Shown: positions 18,748 to 27,212 of the stretch, one piece after another | How the letters are laid out: every line of letters begins with the position of its first letter | How positions within the stretch are numbered: position 1 is the stretch's first letter | Assembly: GCA_903896505.1 (NCBI GenBank) | Contig: CAITXU010000002.1 | Span: 13,500-77,499 of the forward strand | Reading direction: 5' to 3' | Origin: an uncultured Verrucomicrobiota bacterium | GTDB taxonomy: Bacteria; Verrucomicrobiota; Verrucomicrobiia; Limisphaerales; UBA9464 | Length of the DNA: 64,000 nt | Program-made: the position numbers and the translations under genes | Notes under the pieces: generated by a model | Seen by the model: only the letters and a program-made list of their open reading frames with translations | Told to the model about the DNA's origin: nothing | The model's database searches: none

Positions 18748-18792
18748 GGTTTGGGAGTTGTTGGGCTTCGATAAATTAGGATAAGAAAAGCA

Positions 18793-20232
18793 TCAGGAGG
18801 ATGCCTGTTCCCAATCAGTCCACTGGACCAATTCCGCCAGGGAAGGCCGTCCGTCGTGTCGCCACGCCAGGGGAGGGTCCTGCATCCGACCGAGGGGGCA
18901 GACTCGGGAGACCCCCCATCGAGCGAGTTCCAGTGCCAATTCCTGGGAACGCCCTTCGGTGGTCGCAATCCCGACGGTACTGACCTGGCCACGGACGACT
19001 TCGGCACGACGGAGGGCATCGGCCAGATTCCGGCAGGGCTTCACATAGATGAATCGATTGAGGCAGGAGGTGCGGAATGCAGGGTCCGCCTCGTAAACGA
19101 CGGTCCAGGCTGTGGAGCCTTCGCTGGACCAGACCTGGGTTTCTGCGGTGGGAGCCTCAAAAAATGCCCCACGAGGCACAGTGATGGCGTCGCGATGCAG
19201 GGACCGGTGGTGAGCAGCCCTCAATTGGTGCAGGGATCGTCGTTGGTCAATGGCCGCGGCTTCGTCCGGTCTGAGGGCACCACGGGGTTCCGCGTTCTCC
19301 AACCGTGCCAATGCCTCGGATAATGCGGCGGCAAATCCTTCCGGTGCCAGGCTGCCGGTGTCCTCCACATAGTAGACATGCGGCGAGAGGCAGCCCAATT
19401 GATTCCACGCCGCCACGTCGATTGCCGCACGTTCTGCGACTTTTTTGGCCAGAAAGGTGCCCAGTACTTCCCCGGTCACAAATCCGAAACTCAGGCGATG
19501 ACCATGGGCAACACATCGGCAGGTGGAAGGCATTCGTCGACGGAGGTCTTCGACGACGGCATCGCTTCCCTGCACCACCAGGCAGTCGGACTCCCCCATC
19601 ATCGATCCTTCGAGGGCCTCATTGCCACCGGGCCAACTGGCCAGTTCGAGACATGCCCCCAGCTTGGGCTCCAGTTCCGCCAGGGAATGAGCGAAGAGCC
19701 TAGGGAGGATGGTCGACCTTTGGGAGCATTTGATGAATTGCCCGGAACGGAGAAGCAGGCCGGCCACCATCAGGGAGAGGGTTGAGACGGGCAGGTTGCC
19801 GGCGGCCACCTGGGCCAGTAGTTCGGGGCCACGGGCCAGAGCAAGGCGTCCGTGCCGCAGCTCGGCGGACGGAGCAGAAAACTCGTCCAACCGCCTGGAA
19901 TCCCCCAAGTCCTGAGTGATCCAACCCATGAGATGGTCGTGGGTCAACTGTCGAAAAAAGGCATCCAATCCCCTGGCCATGGTGGGCGTACTGAAGCCAA
20001 GTTCTGCCGCTCCTGCCTGGAGCGCTATGCGGCGCAATGGGTAGTCAAGTTGCAACCACCGGTCGGCGTTGTAGGCGATGAGGTCGACTAGTTCCGAGGT
20101 GCGCCGAGGGAGCAGCCATTGAGTCCGATTCCGCTTCACCGAAATGCAGGCATCGCGCACCAGGGAGGGAGTCAATGGAGCCTCAGGCGGAAGGTCCGCC
20201 AAAAAAAGGTTGGGCAGGGCAGGGAGGTGCAT
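18793..20232 (-). CDS. LuxC-like acyl-CoA (acyl-protein) reductase family protein
   Basis: 'LAQVAAGNLPVSTLSLMVAGLLLRSGQFIKCSQRS' and the overall pattern resemble the PF05893 acyl-CoA reductase family. I chose the ATG at 20232 (MHLPALPNLF), 17 nt after the upstream stop. The first 45 codons of the track ORF look non-coding. Confidence 0.7.
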   Translation of the reverse strand: MHLPALPNLFLADLPPEAPLTPSLVRDACISVKRNRTQWLLPRRTSELVDLIAYNADRWLQLDYPLRRIALQAGAAELGFSTPTMARGLDAFFRQLTHDHLMGWITQDLGDSRRLDEFSAPSAELRHGRLALARGPELLAQVAAGNLPVSTLSLMVAGLLLRSGQFIKCSQRSTILPRLFAHSLAELEPKLGACLELASWPGGNEALEGSMMGESDCLVVQGSDAVVEDLRRRMPSTCRCVAHGHRLSFGFVTGEVLGTFLAKKVAERAAIDVAAWNQLGCLSPHVYYVEDTGSLAPEGFAAALSEALARLENAEPRGALRPDEAAAIDQRRSLHQLRAAHHRSLHRDAITVPRGAFFEAPTAETQVWSSEGSTAWTVVYEADPAFRTSCLNRFIYVKPCRNLADALRRAEVVRGQVSTVGIATTEGRSQELALELARWGVSRVCPLGRMQDPPLAWRHDGRPSLAELVQWTDWEQASS

Positions 20233-20249
20233 GGGCACGGAGGGACCAC

Positions 20250-21389
20250 TCACACAGTCAACAGAGAGCAACCCCGGGGTTCCGATTGAGGAATCCGTCC
20301 CACGAGTTGAAACCCGTTGTCGTGCCGGATGGCCAGATCGCCGGTCTGGACGCCCAGGACGCTCCAAACATTCGCCAAATCGATCACTGCCAGCGTGCCG
20401 GTTGCATCCTCTTCAACATCCGATCCCGTCTCGGGTGAAAGTACCCGAATTCGAGTCCAGGGAGGGAATCGAAAGTGCCGTTCCGGTTTGCCCCCGACCG
20501 CATGACTGTACGCCTGGGAGGAAAGTTCACACATGCCGTATTCGGTAATGATGTGACTGGGCGGCACCCCCAAACGTCGGCTCAATTCGGAGTGCAGCAC
20601 TTCGGGGCTCAAAACCCTCGAACGTCCCTTGTAGCCGCCGGTTTCCATCAGCCGTGAACCGACCGCAAGCCGATAACGAAGATTCCTTTGTTCTGCCAGA
20701 TCGAGGAAATGAACGAAATTAAACGCCGTTCCCATCAGGATGAGTGGCCGGTTTCCACACAAGGAGCGGCGCAGGGCGAAGAGAAGACGGTCGGTGTCGA
20801 GCGCCCAGTCGCCTTTGGAATCAAGCATCCCCGCGAAGAGCGAATCTTTTGCCCCGAATCGCCGGATGGTGGTTCCAATCATGTAGGCGAGCGAGGAATG
20901 GGGGACCACCTCTGGCGGCGGGGTCAGGGAAAGGATGGCCCAACGTCCATCGGATTCGCGCAGTTCGAGGGCCTCCTCTTGGACCTCTTCCTTCAGGAGG
21001 AATGGCTCAAACCAACCGGCAAGGGACTCCTCGTAGATGGCCAAAGACTGTTGTGAATGCCAATGGCGACTGGGCCGATGGCCAGTCGTCCCGCTGGAGT
21101 GGAAACAGGTGGAAGCGGCACCGGGTTCGAAGCAAGTGAGGTCGACCTCCTTGAAGGCCTCCGTTGGAACCAGCGGAATCTGTTGCCAACACGAGAGGTT
21201 GTCCGGGTTGGTCCCGTGGGATTCGCACCAGGCGCGATAGGCGGGGTTTGCCTCGAATTGAAGCCGGAATAGTGACCGGGCTAGTTGGTCGAAACCGGGA
21301 TCGCCGAAGAAATCGGCCTTGCCCGATGCGGCAAAAGCAAAGATGCGGGAGCGTATCTGCGCCCCAAATTCAACTAAAGAGGTGGCCAT
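20250..21389 (-). CDS. LuxE-like acyl-protein synthetase / adenylate-forming enzyme
   Basis: 'FHSSGTTGHRPSRH' is an ANL-type P-loop. 'METGGYKGRSR' and 'ITEYGMCELSSQAY' are also present. I chose the start at 21389 (MATSLVEF). Confidence 0.7.
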   Translation of the reverse strand: MATSLVEFGAQIRSRIFAFAASGKADFFGDPGFDQLARSLFRLQFEANPAYRAWCESHGTNPDNLSCWQQIPLVPTEAFKEVDLTCFEPGAASTCFHSSGTTGHRPSRHWHSQQSLAIYEESLAGWFEPFLLKEEVQEEALELRESDGRWAILSLTPPPEVVPHSSLAYMIGTTIRRFGAKDSLFAGMLDSKGDWALDTDRLLFALRRSLCGNRPLILMGTAFNFVHFLDLAEQRNLRYRLAVGSRLMETGGYKGRSRVLSPEVLHSELSRRLGVPPSHIITEYGMCELSSQAYSHAVGGKPERHFRFPPWTRIRVLSPETGSDVEEDATGTLAVIDLANVWSVLGVQTGDLAIRHDNGFQLVGRIPQSEPRGCSLLTV

Positions 21390-21491
21390 GGCGGTTTTGA
21401 CAAATCGGAGAAGAGAAGGGCTCCGAAATCGGTTGGTTTTCCGCGACAACCGATTCGTGACAATGAACGAAACTCGATTCGTCGGCAAGTT

Positions 21492-21782
21492 TCAGATGGA
21501 ATCCGCCCGGTTCCCGCCTAATGCGGCTAGTTTCGACTTTAGGGTTGGATCGTGGCCCAAACCCTGATCTCGGATGAATTGTTCGAGGACCGCCAGGAAC
21601 TCCTCTGAAACGAAGAGGTCGACGTCGGCACTCAAGAAAGCGCCGTCGACAAGCAGCTGGAGCGGCGCGGAACCAAAAACAGTGATTTCCAAGCACGGCT
21701 GAACTGGCAATGCAGCTAGGAAGCGATCAAGTAAGCGACCTGCGTTCGATTGCCAATCGATTTGCGCGACCTCGAATTCCAT
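21492..21782 (-). CDS. Small nucleotidyltransferase-fold-like protein (possibly truncated or frameshifted)
   Basis: 'ITVFGSAPLQLLVDGAFLSADVDLFV' contains the G-S ... D-x-D pattern of minimal NTases. The ORF is only 96 aa and overlaps the upstream ORF by 56 nt. Confidence 0.35.
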   Translation of the reverse strand: MEFEVAQIDWQSNAGRLLDRFLAALPVQPCLEITVFGSAPLQLLVDGAFLSADVDLFVSEEFLAVLEQFIRDQGLGHDPTLKSKLAALGGNRADSI

Positions 21783-21954
21783 GAATTGCCTGATCGATGA
21801 GCCGCGACGTCACTCCGGTGTCAGTAGCCAACAATCGGGCCAATTGAACATCCCGAGGCGAAACTTTTCCGGATTCCTGACGCAAAAGAATGCGCGCAGC
21901 AATTCGAGATTTACGCCATGAGCGATCCATCGACTGGCCTGACGTCACAGACAC
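21727..21954 (-). CDS. Small hypothetical protein, possible HTH
   Basis: 'SPRDVQLARLLATDTGVTSRLIDQAI' has a helix-turn-helix-like pattern. This is a very weak call. Confidence 0.2.
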   Translation of the reverse strand: MSVTSGQSMDRSWRKSRIAARILLRQESGKVSPRDVQLARLLATDTGVTSRLIDQAIHGIRGRANRLAIERRSLT

Positions 21955-22095
21955 CTCCAGAGATTATCGGCCATTCAATGAGTGGTCAAATGTACGGATA
22001 ACCTTGCAGTCGCATCGATCTGGCTTCTGCCTCAACCACCTCTGCTAGTTGAACGCACCTCCGTTTCGAAGCACCAATCCAATCGGATTTGGGGA

Positions 22096-22719
22096 CTAGC
22101 CAATCGCCAGTTCAACGATCCGTTCCTGCAATTGTTCGGTCCAACGGGCGACGTAGCTCAGGCTGCGGTAAATTTGTTCCAGACGTTCCAACGGAAGGGC
22201 AGCCGCACGGCCGACACTCCCGATTTCGGGGGCCTGTTCCCAGACTGCGTTCATCTGACGCAATTCCGTTTCCAACTCAACCTGTTTGGCGTGGACCTTG
22301 CCTTGAAGGGCCTGCAACTGGTCGGCCCATTCAAGGCCCTCTCGCATGACCTGCAATTTGAGCATGGGAGACGTTGCCGCAGTCAGGCGGGGCAGGAAGG
22401 AATCGCAATCCCGACAGGCCTGTCCGATTTCCACAAAAAGGTCCATGGTCCCGGGCGGAATCCGCTGGATATCCCGGGGGGGTGCACCCGATTCCAGCTC
22501 AAGTAATAATGGAAGACGTTCACGGGCTTCCCGCAATTGATTATAGGCTGAATTGAGTTCCGCATAGCGGACATTTGCCGAAGCCTGCTCTTCGGGTGAA
22601 GCGGACTGAACGCGGTCGGGATGCAATGGAGAACTCATTTCGCGGAAACGAGCCTTCAATTGGTCCACGTCCACCCAGGGCCGACGCGGTTCCGACAGCA
22701 CCGCAAAGGCGTCAATCAT
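22096..22719 (-). CDS. J-domain co-chaperone, HscB-like
   Basis: From Met77 of the track ORF the sequence reads 'MIDAFAVLSEPRRPWVDVDQLKARFREMSSPLHPDR...YAELNSAYNQL'. It carries the HPD motif. The start lies 5 nt downstream of the IscA-type gene. Confidence 0.6.
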   Translation of the reverse strand: MIDAFAVLSEPRRPWVDVDQLKARFREMSSPLHPDRVQSASPEEQASANVRYAELNSAYNQLREARERLPLLLELESGAPPRDIQRIPPGTMDLFVEIGQACRDCDSFLPRLTAATSPMLKLQVMREGLEWADQLQALQGKVHAKQVELETELRQMNAVWEQAPEIGSVGRAAALPLERLEQIYRSLSYVARWTEQLQERIVELAIG

Positions 22720-22724
22720 GGGAC

Positions 22725-23126
22725 TTAGGCGCTGAAACTCTCGCCGCACGAACAACTTGTGGCGGCATTGGGATTCTTGACCTTGAATCCTCCTTCGGTC
22801 AGGGCGTCGACATAATCGAGCTCGGAACCGGTCACATACAAGGCACTCTTGGGGTCCACGACGACCTTGACCCCTGAACTTTCGACAAGGATATCGCGGC
22901 TCTGGGGCTGGTCCTGGAGGTCCATCTTGTATTGAAGCCCCGAGCATCCGCCGCCGACGACCGCCACGCGTAGGACACCGGATGGGCGTCCCTGCTTCGT
23001 CAGAAGGGAGGTGACTTTGTCGCCCGCCGACGAGGTCAACCGGATCAGACGCTCGTCGCCAACCCGAAAACTGGGGGCGGCGGATGACTTGCTCTGGGCA
23101 CCGATTTTTCCTGCGATCATGGCCAT
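22725..23126 (-). CDS. Iron-sulfur cluster insertion/assembly protein, IscA/ErpA/HesB family
   Basis: 'GGGCSGLQYKMDL' and the C-terminal 'SCSCGESFSA' supply the three conserved Cys residues. Confidence 0.9.
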   Translation of the reverse strand: MAMIAGKIGAQSKSSAAPSFRVGDERLIRLTSSAGDKVTSLLTKQGRPSGVLRVAVVGGGCSGLQYKMDLQDQPQSRDILVESSGVKVVVDPKSALYVTGSELDYVDALTEGGFKVKNPNAATSCSCGESFSA

Positions 23127-23222
23127 GACAGGTTAGGGCCGGACGGAAGGCCCGTCAACGGGCGCGAACACCGCCGACGTGCCGGCCTGATGGAAGAACA
23201 TCGGCATGGCAGGTGTACAAAT

Positions 23223-23276
23223 AAAGGGACAGGTCATTTGGTGGTCCGGACAGTCCAACAGATGACCTGTCCCTTT
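23223..23276. repeat. Perfect 15-bp inverted repeat (AAAGGGACAGGTCAT ... ATGACCTGTCCCTTT) forming a long hairpin; member of a short repeat family
   Basis: The arms are at 23223-23237 and 23262-23276, and TTGG/CCAA pairing continues inside the loop. The 14-mer AAAGGGACAGGTCA recurs at 7296-7309. Confidence 0.8.
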
Positions 23277-23390
23277 GTTTTGTTTTCGGCTGATTTCCAA
23301 AAGGTTGTGGGGCAGGTGCCATGTCGACCGGACGATCCCTGCAACTTTTTGCGGAGCCGACTGTTAGACGCTGCACGTAGAAACGGCAGT

Positions 23391-25133
23391 ATGGCTTTTG
23401 CATCACTCCAATCCATTCTCGAACGCGCTGGTCTGGCCAGTCGCGACCAATTTGTCAGTTGGTCGGAAAACTGGCGGAAGCTCGCTGCTGCCGGGGATGT
23501 TGAACCGCAATTGGCCTTCTTCGCGAAGGAAGGCGGGATGAGCGAAGAGCAGTTTCTACAGCGCCTCGCGACCGCCCTGGGCTGGCCATTTCTGGAGACC
23601 TCGAAGTTGACGGTCAGTAATGAGGTTCGGAAACGGGTGTCCACCAAGACGGCTTTCCAGTTTGCCGTTTTACCGGCCGGTATTGAAAACGGAGTGCTGC
23701 AACTGGCGTGTCACAACCCTTTTGACCCGGCCATGCAGGCGGCGGTGCAGTTTGATTGCCAGAGCCCGGTGAAGTTTGGGCTGGCGACCCGTGGCGAAAT
23801 CGAGAAGGCCCTGAAAAAGTACTACGGCGTGGGTGCGGAAACCCTCGATGAGATGGGGGCTGAAGAGACCATCGACCTGGAGTTGACCGATGACCGCGAA
23901 ATTACCGAGGACGATCAGGACGCGAGTGTCATCAAGTTTGTCAACCAAGTGATCTGGGAAGCGTTTAAGGACCGGGCGACTGACATTCACTTTGAGCCGT
24001 CCGAAGATGAACTGCGGATTCGCTATCGAATTGACGGCATCCTCCACCAGACGCCGCTCCCTCCCCAAATCAAGCGCTACCAGGCGGCACTGGTTTCCCG
24101 AATCAAGGTGATGAGCGGGATGAACATTGCTGAAAAACGATTGCCCCAGGACGGACGTATCAATGTCCGCATCAAGGGGGAGGAAATTGACATCCGCGTT
24201 TCCACCGTTCCCACCGTCTGGGGGGAATCGGTCTCCCTTCGTTTGCTGACTCGTGGCAAGATTTTCTTTGGTCTGGAGAAGTTGGGTTTCTGGCCGGACG
24301 AGGATGCGGCGATTCGTGAATTGATCGTCAAGCCCCATGGCATTTTTCTGGTCACCGGCCCCACCGGCTCCGGGAAATCAACCACGCTCTATGCCTTCCT
24401 GAGCACCATCAATTCGGTGACCAAGCGAATCATGACCATCGAGGAGCCGGTGGAATATGAGCTGAAAGGCATCAACCAAATCCCGGTTCGTCCGGATATT
24501 GGGCTGACCTTCGCCGTGGGTCTCCGTCACATCCTCCGGCAGGACCCCAACATCATCATGGTGGGCGAAATTCGCGATTTGGAGACTGCGGAAATCGCCA
24601 TCCGGGCATCGCTGACCGGTCACTTGGTCTTCAGCACGCTTCACACCAACGATGCTCCCAGTGCTTTTACCCGCTTAATTGACATGGGTATTGAACCGTT
24701 TCTGGTGGCTTCATCCCTTGAAGCGGTCATGGCACAACGCTTGGTGCGGACCATTTGCAAGAGTTGCAGTCGGCCCCACCCCGTGGAGCGGGACTACCTA
24801 CTGAAGATTGGATTTCCAGAGCACGAAATCGCTTCCACGGTCTTCCGGAAAGGAATTGGATGTGAAGAATGCCGCCAACTGGGATATCAAGGGCGGACAG
24901 GTATTCATGAGCTGTTGCTCGTGACCGAGGCCATCCGTCCATTGGTCATGAATCGGGCGGCCGCATCCACCATTGCCCAGGCGGCCCGCGACCAGCATAT
25001 GCGGACCTTGCGGGAGGACGGCTGGCGAAAGGTGCAAATTGGACAAACCACGCTTGAGGAGGTCCTTCGGGTCACTCAAAACGAGGAACATGTCCGGAGC
25101 CTCATTGGAGCGGAAAAGGGGGTGGGGTCTTGA
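23391..25133 (+). CDS. GspE/PilB-family secretion ATPase (type II secretion / type IV pilus assembly)
   Basis: Walker A 'GPTGSGKSTT', 'MVGEIRDLETAEIA' and 'LVFSTLHTNDA' are present, as is the tetracysteine motif 'CKSCSRP...CEECRQLGYQGRTGIHELL'. I chose the ATG at 23391 (MAFASLQSILE). Confidence 0.92.
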   Translation: MAFASLQSILERAGLASRDQFVSWSENWRKLAAAGDVEPQLAFFAKEGGMSEEQFLQRLATALGWPFLETSKLTVSNEVRKRVSTKTAFQFAVLPAGIENGVLQLACHNPFDPAMQAAVQFDCQSPVKFGLATRGEIEKALKKYYGVGAETLDEMGAEETIDLELTDDREITEDDQDASVIKFVNQVIWEAFKDRATDIHFEPSEDELRIRYRIDGILHQTPLPPQIKRYQAALVSRIKVMSGMNIAEKRLPQDGRINVRIKGEEIDIRVSTVPTVWGESVSLRLLTRGKIFFGLEKLGFWPDEDAAIRELIVKPHGIFLVTGPTGSGKSTTLYAFLSTINSVTKRIMTIEEPVEYELKGINQIPVRPDIGLTFAVGLRHILRQDPNIIMVGEIRDLETAEIAIRASLTGHLVFSTLHTNDAPSAFTRLIDMGIEPFLVASSLEAVMAQRLVRTICKSCSRPHPVERDYLLKIGFPEHEIASTVFRKGIGCEECRQLGYQGRTGIHELLLVTEAIRPLVMNRAAASTIAQAARDQHMRTLREDGWRKVQIGQTTLEEVLRVTQNEEHVRSLIGAEKGVGS

Positions 25134-26506
25134 AATCATCGAAGCAGCGATTCAGCGGATGCCAGTTCCTTCTTCCCCGGAAGGAGGCTCAGCAGCTGTG
25201 GTTGTTTGCAGTCGCCAAGGAGAAGGTTACGCGGACGTCGGCAGAGACGGTTCCGCTGGGTGGACCTTTTCCGCGGACTGTCCTACAGCCGGACTGGCAG
25301 AAGCTGGCGCAGCCGCGGTTGAGCATTGCGTGTCTGCCGTCGGGATTCGTCTTTGTCCGGGTGATTCAACTCCCCGCCGGATTGCCGGAGGAAATTCCGA
25401 GCATGGTTGAATTTGAGCTCGAAAAGCTCTCTCCCCTTCCGACGGCGCAAATCGTCTGGAGTTATGAAATCCTTGAACAATCAACCGACGGACTATCGAC
25501 CGTCCTGGTGGTTGTGGCGGCTCGAAATGCCGTCGAGGAGTTTCTCGGGAACCTGGAAGCCACCGGGTTTGTTGCTGATCGGTTGGAGGTTCCTCTGGTG
25601 CGTGAATTAAGTTCGCTCCAACCGACCGAGGACGGCATCTGGATTTTTGTTGAGGACGGCTTGGACGAACGAACGGTTCTGGCGGGGTGGCGTATCGGTG
25701 GTACGTGGCGTGAGGTTACTTTGCTTCGGCTTGCGGAGGGCGAGGCAGGTGCGGAACAATTGATTCAGCAGTTGGCCTGTGGAGCGTGGGGGGGCGAGTT
25801 GGCGGGATGGCTCCGAGCCCTGCCGCCATTGCATCTATTGGGGAGTCCAGAGGCGGCCCATTTGCTTGCCGGACCCCTTGAATCGTGGCACGGGAGTCCT
25901 GTCCGGGTTCAGCCGAGAACGCCTGCGGAGCATTTGGCCCAAGAGGGGGCGCGGTATCATCTTCAGCCTTCTTCGACGTCGCTGGTGCCGACCGAAGTGA
26001 TTGCCCGTCATCGCAACCAGCTGATTGATCGGCTGTGGATCAAGGGGCTTGGAAATGTGGGTATATTTTATTTGTTCGCCGTCTTTTGCTATCTGGGGGC
26101 ACTGAAATATCAGGAACACCAATTGGATGACGCCAAGGGTGAATCGATATCATTGGGAAAATCCTATACCAACACCCTGCAGTTGAAGGAACGCATTGCC
26201 GTCATTCAGGGGCAGATTGATCTTCGCTTTGCCGCTCTTAATGCGTGGCGGGCCGCTGTGGAACAACTCCCCGAGTCGATGACATTGTCCAAGCTGAATT
26301 TCGACAAGGGCCGGACCTTAAAGCTGCTCGGCTCGGTTCCGGCTGAGAGTGTGGCTGATGTCACCCGGTACAACTCAGCTTTGAAAAAAGTGATGATCGA
26401 TGGTCAGCCGCTTTTCGCGAGCGTGACGCCTGCCAACATCGCTGCCCAGGCGGGGCCTTCCAGCTGGTCGTTTGAAGCGGTTCTGCGCCGCTCTGAAACC
26501 CCATGA
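25130..26506 (+). CDS. Putative pilus/T2SS assembly protein, fused PilM-like (cytoplasmic) + PilN/GspL-like (TM + periplasmic) architecture
   Basis: There is a single TM helix (LGNVGIFYLFAVFCYLGAL) at about aa 315. A coiled coil and a small periplasmic domain follow. The gene sits between the ATPase and PilO-like genes. The start is TTG and overlaps the gspE stop. The call rests on architecture and context, not on motif identity. Confidence 0.45.
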   Translation: MKSSKQRFSGCQFLLPRKEAQQLWLFAVAKEKVTRTSAETVPLGGPFPRTVLQPDWQKLAQPRLSIACLPSGFVFVRVIQLPAGLPEEIPSMVEFELEKLSPLPTAQIVWSYEILEQSTDGLSTVLVVVAARNAVEEFLGNLEATGFVADRLEVPLVRELSSLQPTEDGIWIFVEDGLDERTVLAGWRIGGTWREVTLLRLAEGEAGAEQLIQQLACGAWGGELAGWLRALPPLHLLGSPEAAHLLAGPLESWHGSPVRVQPRTPAEHLAQEGARYHLQPSSTSLVPTEVIARHRNQLIDRLWIKGLGNVGIFYLFAVFCYLGALKYQEHQLDDAKGESISLGKSYTNTLQLKERIAVIQGQIDLRFAALNAWRAAVEQLPESMTLSKLNFDKGRTLKLLGSVPAESVADVTRYNSALKKVMIDGQPLFASVTPANIAAQAGPSSWSFEAVLRRSETP

Positions 26507-27204
26507 GCACCTGGCTGGACAAACTGAATCTGCAACCGCAGGAACGTCGAGCAGTCTTGGGTGGCTTGGTCCTGCTCGCGCTGGTTTTCAACTATTGGTT
26601 CATCTGGCCCTATTTTTCCGAATGGGCCAAAGTGAATACCGAGTTGGAAAAGGTGCAGGCTCGTAGTGCCACCTTCCAGAAGGAGATAGCCCGATCCAAG
26701 GAATACAAATCCCGGCTGGCCGAGTTGGAGAAAAAAGGAGCTGGTGGGGTGCTGGAGGAAGAGCAGGCGAATCGGGTGCAGGCGACCATTCAAACCGAGG
26801 CCTTCAATCACAACGTCAACATCACGCGCTTGAGTGCCACCCGCGGCTATGGCCCGACCAACGCCTTTTTTAACGAAGAGGTGGCGGTGGTGGATGTGAT
26901 TTCGGGCGAAGAAGACCTGATCAGCTTCCTGCATGCGCTGGGTTCTGGCGACTCCATGATCCGGGTGCGTGATATGAACAATCTGGGTCTCGATCCCAGC
27001 CAGCAGCGGCTCATGGCCAAACTCACCCTTGTTGCCAGCTTCCAAAGGAAAGTCGTGGTTCCGCCTCCAGCAGTGAAGCCCGCCCCGGCGGAAGTTCAGC
27101 CCAAGCCCGCATCCGTTCCGAAACCTCCGGTGACCAACACTCTTAAAGCACTGTCCGCAACCAATCGACCGGCGATGACGAATTCTCCGGTCAAGAAGAA
27201 ATAG
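26503..27204 (+). CDS. Putative PilO/GspM-like assembly protein
   Basis: An N-terminal TM helix (VLGGLVLLALVFNYWFIW) is followed by a coiled coil, an alpha/beta domain and a Pro-rich tail. ATGA overlap with the upstream gene. Confidence 0.45.
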   Translation: MSTWLDKLNLQPQERRAVLGGLVLLALVFNYWFIWPYFSEWAKVNTELEKVQARSATFQKEIARSKEYKSRLAELEKKGAGGVLEEEQANRVQATIQTEAFNHNVNITRLSATRGYGPTNAFFNEEVAVVDVISGEEDLISFLHALGSGDSMIRVRDMNNLGLDPSQQRLMAKLTLVASFQRKVVVPPPAVKPAPAEVQPKPASVPKPPVTNTLKALSATNRPAMTNSPVKKK

Positions 27205-27212
27205 GCTCTCCC

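Noticed and set aside
18793-21389. Possibility of a bioluminescence (lux) operon, because of the LuxC/LuxE-like genes.
   Set aside because: No luxA, luxB, luxD or luxG-like ORFs occur anywhere in the window. The flanking genes are queD and small hypotheticals.
22720-22947. N-terminal extensions of maximal ORFs. Examples are 22096-22947, 18793-20367, 23190-25133, 39277-40167, 41783-44167, 55187-55531, 57064-57516 and 46806-47459.
   Set aside because: The extensions overlap upstream genes or repeats and are Arg/Pro/Gly-rich. Internal ATG or GTG codons give N-termini that match the family pattern and form tight operon junctions.
23223-23290. The long hairpin followed by GTTTTGTTTTCGG, considered as a Rho-independent terminator.
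   Set aside because: It lies between two divergently transcribed genes (iscA-type start at 23126, gspE start at 23391), so nothing converges on it. The shared 14-mer at 7296 points to a repeat or operator instead.
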